35,552 nt of DNA, from contig JBBDIZ010000011.1 of NCBI GenBank assembly GCA_040880145.1, positions 1-35,552 on the forward strand. The letters are read 5' to 3'. Shown here one piece after another: positions 25,670 to 34,833 of the stretch (the stretch's first letter is position 1; each line of letters begins with the position of its first letter). The notes beneath the pieces were generated by a model, which was not told the origin of the DNA, did no database searches, and worked only from the letters and a program-made list of their open reading frames with translations. A program made the position numbers and the translations under genes. Source of the DNA: Simkaniaceae bacterium. GTDB lineage: Bacteria; Chlamydiota; Chlamydiia; Chlamydiales; JAJFMI01.

Positions 25670-27568
25670 ATGCGTCGATCGCTTTGTTTAACCGAACCAA
25701 AATTTGTCCGAGTTGGAACGATTGGAACTTGCAAGTTTCTCTATACTCCCTCTACAAACTTGCCTGCGAAAACACTCCTTAAATTTGATATCCTATCTAA
25801 AGGCCGCGAAATCGATTGGCAACACCCTCAAACAAACCCCAAGGTCAAAAACAACCTCATCTGGATTGAGCTCCCCTCCAACAAACCCTTATATGGCAAG
25901 TCTGTCGAAAAAGAGGATAAATTCTCGCTAGCCTATGAATTTGAACTCCCCATCGAAATAAAAGCAGGAGAAACTTTCTCGATCCTAATGGGAACACCTG
26001 ACTCATCTGAGCTTGAAAAAAAAGGGAACAAACCCCAAGAGTTTATTCAAAGAAGACGTCTTTTCAACCTCTATATTGACCCCAAAGGAAAGCGTCAATA
26101 CAAAGATCCGGAAGCTTTTTCTCTCGATGTCCGTGGAGGACCTCTCGATCATTTGCGCGTTCTTCACCCAAGCGTTGTTCAAAAAAATCAACGCTTTGAT
26201 GTAGTCATTCGATTTGAGGATATCTATAATAATCTCACAAGCTTAGCTCCCGAAGGGACCTTAATTGAAGTAAGCTATGAACAGTTGAGAGAAAATCTCA
26301 ATTGGAAACTCTTTGTTCCGGAAACAGGGTTTTTAACGCTTCCGAATTTTTATTTTAATGAAGCCGGAATCTATAAGCTTAAACTCGAAAATCTAGATAC
26401 TAAGGAAGTCTATTATTCCGCTCCTGTAAAATGTGAGCAATTAGCTACCCCTATGGTTTATTGGGGGCAGCTTCATGGAGAGTCAGAGCGTTATGATTCA
26501 AAAGAAAATATCGAATCCTATCTCCGCTATTTTCGAGACGAAAAATCCTACAACTTTATGGGGACATCCGCCTTTGAATCTGAGGAAGAGACTTCCGCTC
26601 CTATCTGGAAAGGCGTTCAGGCCTCTGTTTCAGAATTTAATGAAGAAGATCGATTCAACACCCTTCTCGGTTTTACCTACAAAGGCTCTTCTAAAACAGA
26701 GGGACTAAGGCAGCTTCTCTACTACAAAGACAATAAGCCGCTACTGCGCCGAAAAGATCCCAAGTCGAGTACTCTTAAAAAGATTTATAAATCTCATACA
26801 CCCAAAGAGATTTTAGCCATTCCGACAATGACAATGGCAAATGGTTCTACTTACGATTTTAAAAACTTCACTCCTGAATTTGAGAGAGTCGTAGAAATTT
26901 ATAATGCCTGGGGCTCTTCGGAATGCAAAAAAGGTGATGGAAATCTTCGTCCTATCACGTCGACAAATGGCCTTAAGGAGTCGGAAGAAGGCTCGATTCG
27001 ATCAGCCTTGAATCAAAACCACCGTTTTGGATTTGTTGCAGGCGGGTTTGACGATCGCGGGATTTATGAAGGGCTTTTCAGCTCTGACCAAGTGCAATAT
27101 TCTCCGGGACTTACTGCAATTATCTCCGAAAATCACACCCGTGACGGCTTAATGCAGGCTCTTTATAATCGCTGCTGCTATGCGACAACAGGTGCGCGTA
27201 TGATTATGAATATACAACTAGCAGGACAGCCTATGGGGCAAGAGCTTTCTGTTAGTAAAAAGCCCGGTCTTGCCTTTAACCGTCATATCAGCGGTTATAT
27301 TGCCGGAACCGATGAGATCAAAGAAATCTCTATCTTTAGAAATGGAGTGCTTTATAAAACCCTTAAACCTAAGGGGTTTTTCGTTGAACTCGAAGTAGAT
27401 GATGATGAGCCGATAGAAAAAATCGTTATCACGCCGGGTGGTGAATCTCCCCCCTTTCTCTATTACTATGTGCGCGCTCTTCAAAAAGATGGCCATATAG
27501 GATGGAGCAGCCCTATTTGGGTCGACTTCAATCCTCTATCTAAACCTCTTGTTAAGAAGAAAAAATGA
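25670..27568 (+). CDS. DUF3604-like protein with PHP-type domain (conserved chlamydial hypothetical)
   Basis: YWGQLHGES, VEIYNAWGSSE, RFGFVAGGFDDRG, GLTAI, RCCYATTGAR, YYYVRALQKDGHIGWSSPIWV. Confidence 0.78.
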   Translation: MRRSLCLTEPKFVRVGTIGTCKFLYTPSTNLPAKTLLKFDILSKGREIDWQHPQTNPKVKNNLIWIELPSNKPLYGKSVEKEDKFSLAYEFELPIEIKAGETFSILMGTPDSSELEKKGNKPQEFIQRRRLFNLYIDPKGKRQYKDPEAFSLDVRGGPLDHLRVLHPSVVQKNQRFDVVIRFEDIYNNLTSLAPEGTLIEVSYEQLRENLNWKLFVPETGFLTLPNFYFNEAGIYKLKLENLDTKEVYYSAPVKCEQLATPMVYWGQLHGESERYDSKENIESYLRYFRDEKSYNFMGTSAFESEEETSAPIWKGVQASVSEFNEEDRFNTLLGFTYKGSSKTEGLRQLLYYKDNKPLLRRKDPKSSTLKKIYKSHTPKEILAIPTMTMANGSTYDFKNFTPEFERVVEIYNAWGSSECKKGDGNLRPITSTNGLKESEEGSIRSALNQNHRFGFVAGGFDDRGIYEGLFSSDQVQYSPGLTAIISENHTRDGLMQALYNRCCYATTGARMIMNIQLAGQPMGQELSVSKKPGLAFNRHISGYIAGTDEIKEISIFRNGVLYKTLKPKGFFVELEVDDDEPIEKIVITPGGESPPFLYYYVRALQKDGHIGWSSPIWVDFNPLSKPLVKKKK

Positions 27569-27741
27569 GCCCTCTTATTGCAACTATTTGCATTTCTCTC
27601 GCTTTAATACTGCTTTCAATAATTGGGCTTTTGATTGGAAAAATCATTACAGGAAAATCCAAATTCTCCTGTAAAAGATGCGGTACACCGGAAAAAAAAT
27701 GCACGCTTTGTGAAAAAAAGAAAGACCCTCTCCATAAATGA
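27565..27741 (+). CDS. Small single-pass membrane protein with CxxC-x6-CxxC (NqrM-like architecture), 58 aa, not in the ORF track
   Basis: ATG overlaps the upstream stop (ATGA); MSPLIATICISLALILLSIIGLLIGKIITGKSKFSCKRCGTPEKKCTLCEKKKDPLHK. Confidence 0.7.
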   Translation: MSPLIATICISLALILLSIIGLLIGKIITGKSKFSCKRCGTPEKKCTLCEKKKDPLHK

Positions 27742-27751
27742 AAGGGTCTTT
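27720..27751. terminator. Hairpin between convergent genes, probable bidirectional terminator
   Basis: GAAAGACCCT...AGGGTCTTTC 10-bp stem, preceded by an A run on the plus strand (T run on the minus strand). Confidence 0.6.
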
Positions 27752-27780
27752 CTAGTGGAACCTCCTAAAGCTCCCTAAAT

Positions 27781-29319
27781 TTATAGTATCCCAAGCGTAG
27801 AAACGAGCATTTCAAATACCCGATTCCCTTCTTGACCTTCATTTGGAAATCTAGCATTTAAAATTTGCTGAATGGCATCAAAATGTATAGCGGTTTCAGG
27901 TGCTATTTTTTGAAGTCCATTTACAATTTTTTGGAATTCAGTCCGCGTCGCATCTACTACAAAAAAATCATCAGCATCGATGGGGCCATCATTAATATTT
28001 AAAAGCGTTCGACTTCCAATAGTTAGCTCTTCACGCGGAATCTTCATAATTGTTTGCTTAATTTCATTCATATGATAGACAGCAGCTATAGAAAAACAAC
28101 CTAAGACATCAGCTGCATGCTGAAAAACAAGTTCAATTCCATCAACCTTGAAAACTGAATCTCCATTAAAAAGTTCTTCAATTTCCTTGTAGTCCTCAGC
28201 GTTTTCAATAATATTTGTCAAAGAATCAAGGTCTTTAAAATTAATATTATCTGGGTTGTAATTCTTCATATATCCTTTAAAATGTGAAAGAACTGTCTCA
28301 AGAAGAGTGGCGTAGATATAAAAATCACCCTCCTTAATTTCACTTTTATAGATACGTGCCCAAGAGAGAAATCTATTCATCATTGATAAACTAAAATCAA
28401 CAGGAATTTTTTCAAACAAGGTGTTAATTTCTTTAATTTTCTTTTCTAAGTCTTGATCATCATTCTCGTTATTATTATTTGCCGGCGCCTCTTGAGAGCG
28501 GGTTTTAATAAAACGCTCTATCATTTCTTCAGCCGTCTCATCTAGGAGGATAGAAAAGTCTTTTCTAAGAAAATGAATAGCTAAATTAGGATCATTAGAC
28601 TCTCTAAAAATTTCAGAGATATTTTTGAAAATTTCAACAGCACCGGAAGTTAAAAGAGAATGAGCCAAACCTAACACATAGAAAATATCAGCCATGTCCT
28701 CGTTGTAACGATCCTCTTTTTTAAAAACTCCTCTCTCATTTAATGATTTTGAAATCCTATTAAAAAACTCAGGCATTGTTATTGTTTTATCAGTTAGATC
28801 CTCGACGTTAAGTGTTTTAAAAATGAAAGGACTCTGCTCCTGATCTTTTCTAGAAATGTGAATCGTTTCATTTTTGATATAAATTGATTGTAGAAGAGTA
28901 TCTTTCTGGGGGAGGGATAAGGAGTATAACTCTAAAAACGATTGAATATTTTTTTTGTTTTCAGGTGTTTGAGTTGGATAGTCTTTAAGCATATCTAAAT
29001 CAATATCCGAGCCGTTGCAATCCGGACTTAATAGAATAACAATATGATTAAAGTCTTTTTTCCTAGCAGACTCTACTTTTGTAAGTTCTAAATAAGCCCC
29101 AATAAGGCCCTTCACTTTTTCAGATCCCTCCTCTTTCATAAGAGCAACCTTAACTTTGCCTTCTATCAATCGAATTTCCTCTAAATCTGAATTTTTTTTG
29201 TTTTTAGAGAAAATAGCCATCACTTTTTGGAAACAACCCTTGCCCACTTTAGGTGAAGATGAAGCAGGATTATAAGAATTGGAAATAGTTGGATCAACTA
29301 CTTTTGGAATACTAGACAT
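27781..29319 (-). CDS. Hypothetical helical protein, candidate type III-secreted effector
   Basis: AGGAGG RBS precedes ATG at 29319 (MSSIPKVVDPTISNSYNPASSSPK); Ser/Pro/Asn-rich N-terminus; visibly AT-richer than its neighbours; opposite strand to the conserved genes. Confidence 0.65.
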   Translation of the reverse strand: MSSIPKVVDPTISNSYNPASSSPKVGKGCFQKVMAIFSKNKKNSDLEEIRLIEGKVKVALMKEEGSEKVKGLIGAYLELTKVESARKKDFNHIVILLSPDCNGSDIDLDMLKDYPTQTPENKKNIQSFLELYSLSLPQKDTLLQSIYIKNETIHISRKDQEQSPFIFKTLNVEDLTDKTITMPEFFNRISKSLNERGVFKKEDRYNEDMADIFYVLGLAHSLLTSGAVEIFKNISEIFRESNDPNLAIHFLRKDFSILLDETAEEMIERFIKTRSQEAPANNNNENDDQDLEKKIKEINTLFEKIPVDFSLSMMNRFLSWARIYKSEIKEGDFYIYATLLETVLSHFKGYMKNYNPDNINFKDLDSLTNIIENAEDYKEIEELFNGDSVFKVDGIELVFQHAADVLGCFSIAAVYHMNEIKQTIMKIPREELTIGSRTLLNINDGPIDADDFFVVDATRTEFQKIVNGLQKIAPETAIHFDAIQQILNARFPNEGQEGNRVFEMLVSTLGIL

Positions 29320-29360
29320 AAGAGAACCTCCTAAATGATCTTTTTTGCCCATTCGCCATA

Positions 29361-29399
29361 AAAATCAGAAATCAAAATCTGATTTTGAAATCTGGTTTT
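29361..29399. promoter_or_regulatory. Nested inverted/direct repeats, possible operator
   Basis: AAAATCAGA-8nt-TCTGATTTT, TCAAAATC-T-GATTTTGA, and direct repeat AAATCTG(A/G)TTTT twice. Confidence 0.35.
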
Positions 29400-29546
29400 T
29401 ATGTTTTGAATGTGCTGAATTTATCATTAAGAGTTCATTAAGCGCAAACAAATTAATTATTAAATATTAAGTCATTTGAAATGAGTGTTTTAGGATTTAT
29501 CAAAAAAGAGATTGTTGAATTTATTCGCCTCCTTTAAATTTATGTT

Positions 29547-31208
29547 ATGCGTAATTTTTTCCTTTTTCTTATCATAAATGGGGCTGCTTTTCTCTTTTCA
29601 GCAGAAAAATCCCAAATTCTCTACCTTATTAAATGCAAAGAAAATGAGAAGGCCTTTTCCTTTTATCAAGATCACTTTAAAAACAACCATGATCCCTCTT
29701 TTTTAGAAGAAATGGCAACGCTTATACTTAGACAGGGCATTCTTCATCAGGATCCTGAAGTCCAGCTGTTAACCCTTTATGGGGCCTCAATCTGCGATCA
29801 TCAATATCCTTTAAGCATACTCGAAGAGGGTCTATCCGCCTCAAATCCTTATGTTCAAGCGGCAGCGATTCAAATTCTTGCAAAAATGGGTGAAAACGGG
29901 ACCTCTGAAATCTTGATGAAAGCACTCCAGTCTCCCTATATTATGATTCGCATTCAAGCTGCCCATGCATTAGCCGCAAGAGGGTTTACGCCGGCACTTG
30001 GACCCATTGAGTCTTTAATGCGCAAGCTTCCCTATGAGGCATGGACTTTTTTCCCAGAACTCTATGCGCAAATGGGGAGTAAAAAAGCGATCACGCTTCT
30101 TAAAAGCTTAATGCATAACAAAGCTCAAAGCGTTCGACTTTCATCTGTATTTCATGCAGCTAAATTTAACCGCGATGACCTATTGCCCTTCATCCGTTCC
30201 ATGGCATCCCATGTAGATTTTGCAGAGCAAGAAATGGCTGCATTTGCTCTTGGAACGTTTCACGATATCGGTTCAAAGCCCATTTTAAAAAAACTCTCAA
30301 AATCAAAAATCCCAGATGTTGCTTTAAGCTCCTCTTATGCGCTTTGCAAAATAGGCAATAAAAAAGCTCTAAAAAACATCATTGAAAAGGCTGAGAAAAA
30401 AAACCTGCATGCCATTACCTTATTAGGCCATCTGCAAGAGGAGCAAAAAACGCTTCTTTCCCTTATTCATGATGAAGATCGAAATGTTAGACTGAACGCA
30501 ATCCTAGCGCTTTTAAAACATAAAAATCCGAAGGTATTGGGTCCTTTAGGAGAGTTTTTACTCTATCGAGAAAATGAACTAGGCTTTGGGCCCCATTTTT
30601 CAAGAGGCCGCTCCCTTCGCGCCTTTCGCTGTATCTCTCTTGCGAAATCAAAAGATAAGATTGAAAAAAGTGATCTCGTTGCCTTTAGCCATGCATTAAG
30701 AGAAGAGATGCTACTCGATTCTGTTGAACTCGAAGAGAGCCTCTTTCTCATGGTTGCCCGAAAAATCTTTGATTATCAGCAGCTCAATTTGATTCCCCTT
30801 CTCGTTCAGCTTCTTGAAAATAAAAATTCAGAGCAGTCGCTTTCGCTTTTAAAAGATCAGTCTCAAAAAGCCGGCGCTCCCCTTATTCGCGCCTATTGCC
30901 AGCTTGGACTCTACCGCAATCAAACGAAAAATCATGACCACACACTCTTTTATAAATGGCTTGGATCTGAAAAAGATCATTACCTCTTTCAATTTGCAGC
31001 AAAAGGGTCCACTAAAAAAGATAATGAGTTAAATACGCAATTTGCGCTCTCTCCTGAAGACAAGTCCCGCCTTATTATCGAGTCTTATCAAGCTCTAGTT
31101 GAGGCGCACGATCCAGAGGCCATTTTTCTGATCATGAATGCTCTGATCCATGGCCACCCTAAAAATCGTTATCTTCTCGCCGGCCTTCTCTTGCTTGCCA
31201 TTAGTTAA
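29547..31208 (+). CDS. HEAT-repeat protein with signal peptide
   Basis: Repeated units such as NPYVQAAAIQILAKMG, YIMIRIQAAHALA, DRNVRLNAILALL. Confidence 0.85.
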   Translation: MRNFFLFLIINGAAFLFSAEKSQILYLIKCKENEKAFSFYQDHFKNNHDPSFLEEMATLILRQGILHQDPEVQLLTLYGASICDHQYPLSILEEGLSASNPYVQAAAIQILAKMGENGTSEILMKALQSPYIMIRIQAAHALAARGFTPALGPIESLMRKLPYEAWTFFPELYAQMGSKKAITLLKSLMHNKAQSVRLSSVFHAAKFNRDDLLPFIRSMASHVDFAEQEMAAFALGTFHDIGSKPILKKLSKSKIPDVALSSSYALCKIGNKKALKNIIEKAEKKNLHAITLLGHLQEEQKTLLSLIHDEDRNVRLNAILALLKHKNPKVLGPLGEFLLYRENELGFGPHFSRGRSLRAFRCISLAKSKDKIEKSDLVAFSHALREEMLLDSVELEESLFLMVARKIFDYQQLNLIPLLVQLLENKNSEQSLSLLKDQSQKAGAPLIRAYCQLGLYRNQTKNHDHTLFYKWLGSEKDHYLFQFAAKGSTKKDNELNTQFALSPEDKSRLIIESYQALVEAHDPEAIFLIMNALIHGHPKNRYLLAGLLLLAIS

Positions 31209-31228
31209 GCCAGTATACTTTTCCTAAA

Positions 31229-33313
31229 ATGATGCCTATATTAAACCACCGGACAAACTTCAAGTTTTTCCTTTTCTCTTTTTTACTTTTTCTCTATTCA
31301 TCTCTTTTAGGAGAAGATCCCGCTATCTCAGTCGATTTAAATAGCCCAACTTATCAAGAGGGCCTCCTCACAACCGAAAGCGGCGGCGTGATCGAATCCT
31401 CGCAAATACGCATTCAAGCAAGAAAAATTTTTTATAAACACAAAGAATCCGTAATTGCGGAGGGCGACTTGCTCATTCAATATGGCGATCGATTTTTAAC
31501 AGGAGAGAGGTTGGAGTATGACTTTAAAGAAAAAAAAGGGTTTATCACAAAAGCCCATACCTTTACAGAAATTTGGTTTATTTACTCTGAAGTGATTCAC
31601 CTCAACCCGGACCATACCTTTTCGCTTGTGAATGCCTCCATTACAACCAGTGAAAATAGCAAGCCCGAATGGGGAATTTATGCTAAGTCCGTATTAATCG
31701 GAGAAAAAGCCGTTTTAAAAGCTAAAAACGTTACATTTCGGCTTTGGAAGATCCCTATTCTTTGGCTTCCTGCTTATTCGAGCAACTTAAGAAAAGTTGA
31801 AGATCCTCCCGTTCGCTATCAAGTCAAATGGAATCGAGCTCAAGGGGCTAAAGCCTCGATACGCTACCGCTTCTTTTCAAGAGAAAATCTTGATCTTTTT
31901 TTTCGTTTTGATGCCCGCCTTTCCCGAGGCCTTGGCGGCGCTATTGAATCCGAGTATCTATCCGATGATAAGGAGACCTGCTTTTTAACTAAAAACTATC
32001 TCGCTCACGACACTTTCCTTTTCGATAATGATCCGAATAAAAAGCGGACGCGATACCGGCTTCAAGGGTTTTATAAAACAAAAACAGAAGATGAGCGCTG
32101 GAAGGTTTTCGCCACATGGGATCGATTTAATGACAAAAACATGCCAAGAGATTTTAAGAGTGATGATTTTGAACTTAACACAGCAAAACGAACAAGACTT
32201 TTTATTCGAAACCAAGAAGCGCGCCATATTGTTGGAATCAATTTAAAACCACGAATCAATTCATTTCAAGGCTTTAAGCAAGAGCTGCCCGAAGTCGATC
32301 TCTCACTGCGCCCCTTTGAACTCTTTCAAACCGGTGCTCTATTCAATAATCGCAGCAAAATTTCCTATCTTGATTATGCCTATTCAGATGAGATTGGCGG
32401 TCTATTATCAGATTTCCACAGCTTTCGCTTAGAAACCGACCAATCGCTTATTCGTCCTTTTTCTCTTTCTGCGCTTAAAATCACACCATTTGCCGGTTTT
32501 CGCGGCATTTTTTATAGCGATAGCCCGCAAAATAGCCGAGTGGGACAAGCTCTTTTTCAATACGGAGGTGAAATGAATTTACCTCTTAAAAAAACGGTTC
32601 GAAATTTTAGACACTTTGTCACCCCCTACCTTTCATACCATGGTTTTTCAAAACCGACTTTTTCCTCTTCTGAAGTTTATATCTTTGACCTTCAAGACGG
32701 GTACCACCTTCTCAATGTTTTACGACCTGGAATCAAGTCTACGTTTTACACCAAAAAGCTTGGGGTCTTTACCCCCGCTGTCAGCTTTGATCTTTATTCC
32801 CTCGGATTTTTTGCTGATGAAACCTACAAAAACACTTTTCCCAAGCTCTATTTAAACCTCAATTTCAACCAGCTTAATCTAACCCTCAATACCCAATCCG
32901 TTTGGAATTTTGAGGAAAATCTTCTCGATCGATTTAATCTTCGATTTCTCTATACCTACAGTCAAGATTTTGCTGTTGGATTCGAATACCGTCATCGCAG
33001 TCGATTTGATTGGCGCAAAGATGATCACAACAATTTCATACTCGATGTGACTCGAAATATCGACACGCTGCTTAATTCTCCGCTTTCGGATGGGCGGAAT
33101 GCCTTTTTAACAAAGATGGAGTGGCGCTTTCTTCCAGGATGGAGAATTCGACTTGAATCACACAGTGGATTTGGCCGAAAAGAAGAACCCGGCTATACTG
33201 AAGTCCGAGCTGAGTGTTTAGCTTTAATTACATCCGGATGGGAACTCGGTCTTGCATTCAAACAGACGATTCGAGGTCCGGGTTTTGCCGGATTTACTCT
33301 AAATAAGAGGTAG
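31229..33313 (+). CDS. lptD: LPS-assembly protein LptD-like outer membrane protein
   Basis: Signal peptide; OstA-like N-terminus (IQARKI, AEGDL, GERLEYD); AKNVTFRLWKIPILWLP; amphipathic beta-strand C-terminal region. Confidence 0.75.
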   Translation: MMPILNHRTNFKFFLFSFLLFLYSSLLGEDPAISVDLNSPTYQEGLLTTESGGVIESSQIRIQARKIFYKHKESVIAEGDLLIQYGDRFLTGERLEYDFKEKKGFITKAHTFTEIWFIYSEVIHLNPDHTFSLVNASITTSENSKPEWGIYAKSVLIGEKAVLKAKNVTFRLWKIPILWLPAYSSNLRKVEDPPVRYQVKWNRAQGAKASIRYRFFSRENLDLFFRFDARLSRGLGGAIESEYLSDDKETCFLTKNYLAHDTFLFDNDPNKKRTRYRLQGFYKTKTEDERWKVFATWDRFNDKNMPRDFKSDDFELNTAKRTRLFIRNQEARHIVGINLKPRINSFQGFKQELPEVDLSLRPFELFQTGALFNNRSKISYLDYAYSDEIGGLLSDFHSFRLETDQSLIRPFSLSALKITPFAGFRGIFYSDSPQNSRVGQALFQYGGEMNLPLKKTVRNFRHFVTPYLSYHGFSKPTFSSSEVYIFDLQDGYHLLNVLRPGIKSTFYTKKLGVFTPAVSFDLYSLGFFADETYKNTFPKLYLNLNFNQLNLTLNTQSVWNFEENLLDRFNLRFLYTYSQDFAVGFEYRHRSRFDWRKDDHNNFILDVTRNIDTLLNSPLSDGRNAFLTKMEWRFLPGWRIRLESHSGFGRKEEPGYTEVRAECLALITSGWELGLAFKQTIRGPGFAGFTLNKR

Positions 33314-33318
33314 AATTT

Positions 33319-33978
33319 ATGGACGTACTGATCACAGGTGCAAATCGAGGAATTGGCCTTGAGCTTGTAAAAGCTTATCTGAAACGAGGAGATAGAGTCC
33401 TTGCTCTTTGCAGAAAAGCAAGTGATGAGCTTCGCGCTCTTAATGTTTCATTGGAAGAAAATATCGATGTCACGGATCTTAAAAAACTTAAAGAAATTGC
33501 AAAAAAGCGCTCAAATGAAACCTATGATCTACTTATTAATAATGCCGGGCTTTTAATTCGTATGGATTGGGAGGGAATCGATTATGAACAAATTCAAAAA
33601 ATGATCGAAGTCAATACCTTTGGGCCTTTAAAAGTAATACAAGCTTTTCTTCCCCAAATTAAAGAAAATGGAAAAATCGCCATCCTCTCCTCTATCGAAG
33701 GATCGATGGGAGAGATGAAATCAGGTGGCCGTTATGGCTACCGCCTCTCAAAAGCCGCCCTGAATAATGCCGGAAAATCATTGGCATTTGATTTGATTCC
33801 AAAAAAAATTGCAGTCGCTCTTTACCACCCGGGGTATGTGAAAACAGGAATGACAGAAGGTAAAGGAGATATCCCAGCCAGCGAGTCAGCCAAAAACCTC
33901 ATTGAGCGTTTTGATGAATTAAATTTAGATCTTGCAGGATCTTTTTTTCATGCAAATGGAGAAAAGCTTTTGTGGTGA
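33319..33978 (+). CDS. Short-chain dehydrogenase/reductase (C-factor/CsgA-like)
   Basis: ITGANRGIG, LINNAG, YRLSKAALN, HPGYVKTGM. Confidence 0.92.
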   Translation: MDVLITGANRGIGLELVKAYLKRGDRVLALCRKASDELRALNVSLEENIDVTDLKKLKEIAKKRSNETYDLLINNAGLLIRMDWEGIDYEQIQKMIEVNTFGPLKVIQAFLPQIKENGKIAILSSIEGSMGEMKSGGRYGYRLSKAALNNAGKSLAFDLIPKKIAVALYHPGYVKTGMTEGKGDIPASESAKNLIERFDELNLDLAGSFFHANGEKLLW

Positions 33979-33982
33979 ATAA

Positions 33983-34192
33983 TTATTTTAAAACCGCGTA
34001 GGCATTCTGATCTTTATTACAACAATTTGTAATAATATAAAGAAAATCTTTTAAACACTTCCATAAACAGGAAAGAGCAATTAAAATAGGGTCTTCGTAT
34101 TCATCGTCAATTACGGATTCAGAATCAACAAGAGAGGGTTCATAACCCTGATTCTCATATTTATTACAAATTTTTGAACTAAAACAACACAT
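33983..34192 (-). CDS. Small Cys/Tyr-rich hypothetical protein (69 aa)
   Basis: GAGG RBS 7 nt before ATG at 34192; perfect extended -10 TGTTATAAT just upstream (34210-34218, minus strand). Confidence 0.55.
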   Translation of the reverse strand: MCCFSSKICNKYENQGYEPSLVDSESVIDDEYEDPILIALSCLWKCLKDFLYIITNCCNKDQNAYAVLK

Positions 34193-34253
34193 AACAAACC
34201 TCGCACACAATTATAACAGGTATTGCCATATACCGAAACCGATTCTTGAAGTT

Positions 34254-34440
34254 TGTAGGCCACAAATAGAAATGTCCCTTTAGGTTAAAAAATAATTTAA
34301 ACCAATGGGGGCAACGATGGAGGAGGTTATCTGTATGAGCAACAAGGAGTTATCAAGGGTTGAGGTCATGCATAAATTGCAAAACAAGACCATAAACCAG
34401 TCGCAAGCAGCTGATATTCTAGGGGTTAGCGTTAGACCAG
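34254..34440 (+). mobile_element. IS1202-like (ISNCY) left end plus truncated transposase N-terminus
   Basis: TGT...AAATGTCCC end motif; MEEVICMSNKELSRVEVMHKLQNKTINQSQAADILGVSVR HTH from ATG at 34317, then abrupt loss of similarity. Confidence 0.65.
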
Positions 34441-34833
34441 CAATGCACCGACACTCTTCTTTCAGATATTTTTCGTTGTTTTCAAAAAGTTCCAGACCCA
34501 AGGACACTCTCCGATCGAGGAATTTCCTTCACTGACGTATTGATGTCTGGACTCGCTGTCTTCGGTCTGAAATTTCCCTCTTTGCTGAAGTACGACCAAC
34601 ATCGAGAGACTCTTGATCAAAACTTGCTGAACCTCTATCACATTAATAGGCCCCCTTCTGATTCTTACTTACGTGAGCGACTAGACGAGGTCGACCCCCA
34701 ATTCCTCCGTCCTGCATTTAAAAAAAATGTTCGCAAAGCTTCAGCGAGGCAAATGTCTAGAAAGTTTTGGGTTTCTTGATGGTTACTATCTCCTTTCTTT
34801 GGATGGAACGGGAGCGTTTTCGTCCAGTGATAT
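34441..34833 (+). pseudogene. Fragment of a second, unrelated DDE transposase (ISNCY/IS4-like), frameshifted and truncated
   Basis: FQKVPDPR...ISFTDVLMSGLAVFGLKFPSLL...PSDSYLRERLDEVDP...AFKK, then after a shift at A8 (34720-34727) MFAKLQRGKCLE...GYYLLSLDGTGAFSS, ending just after the first catalytic Asp. Confidence 0.75.

Noticed and set aside
1664..32855. Numerous 60-120 aa alternative-frame or antisense ORFs within housekeeping genes
   Set aside because: Largely or fully overlap well-supported genes and show no motifs or translation signals
34200..34253. dif/XerCD-like target next to the IS1202-like end
   Set aside because: No convincing match to the XerC/XerD arm consensus
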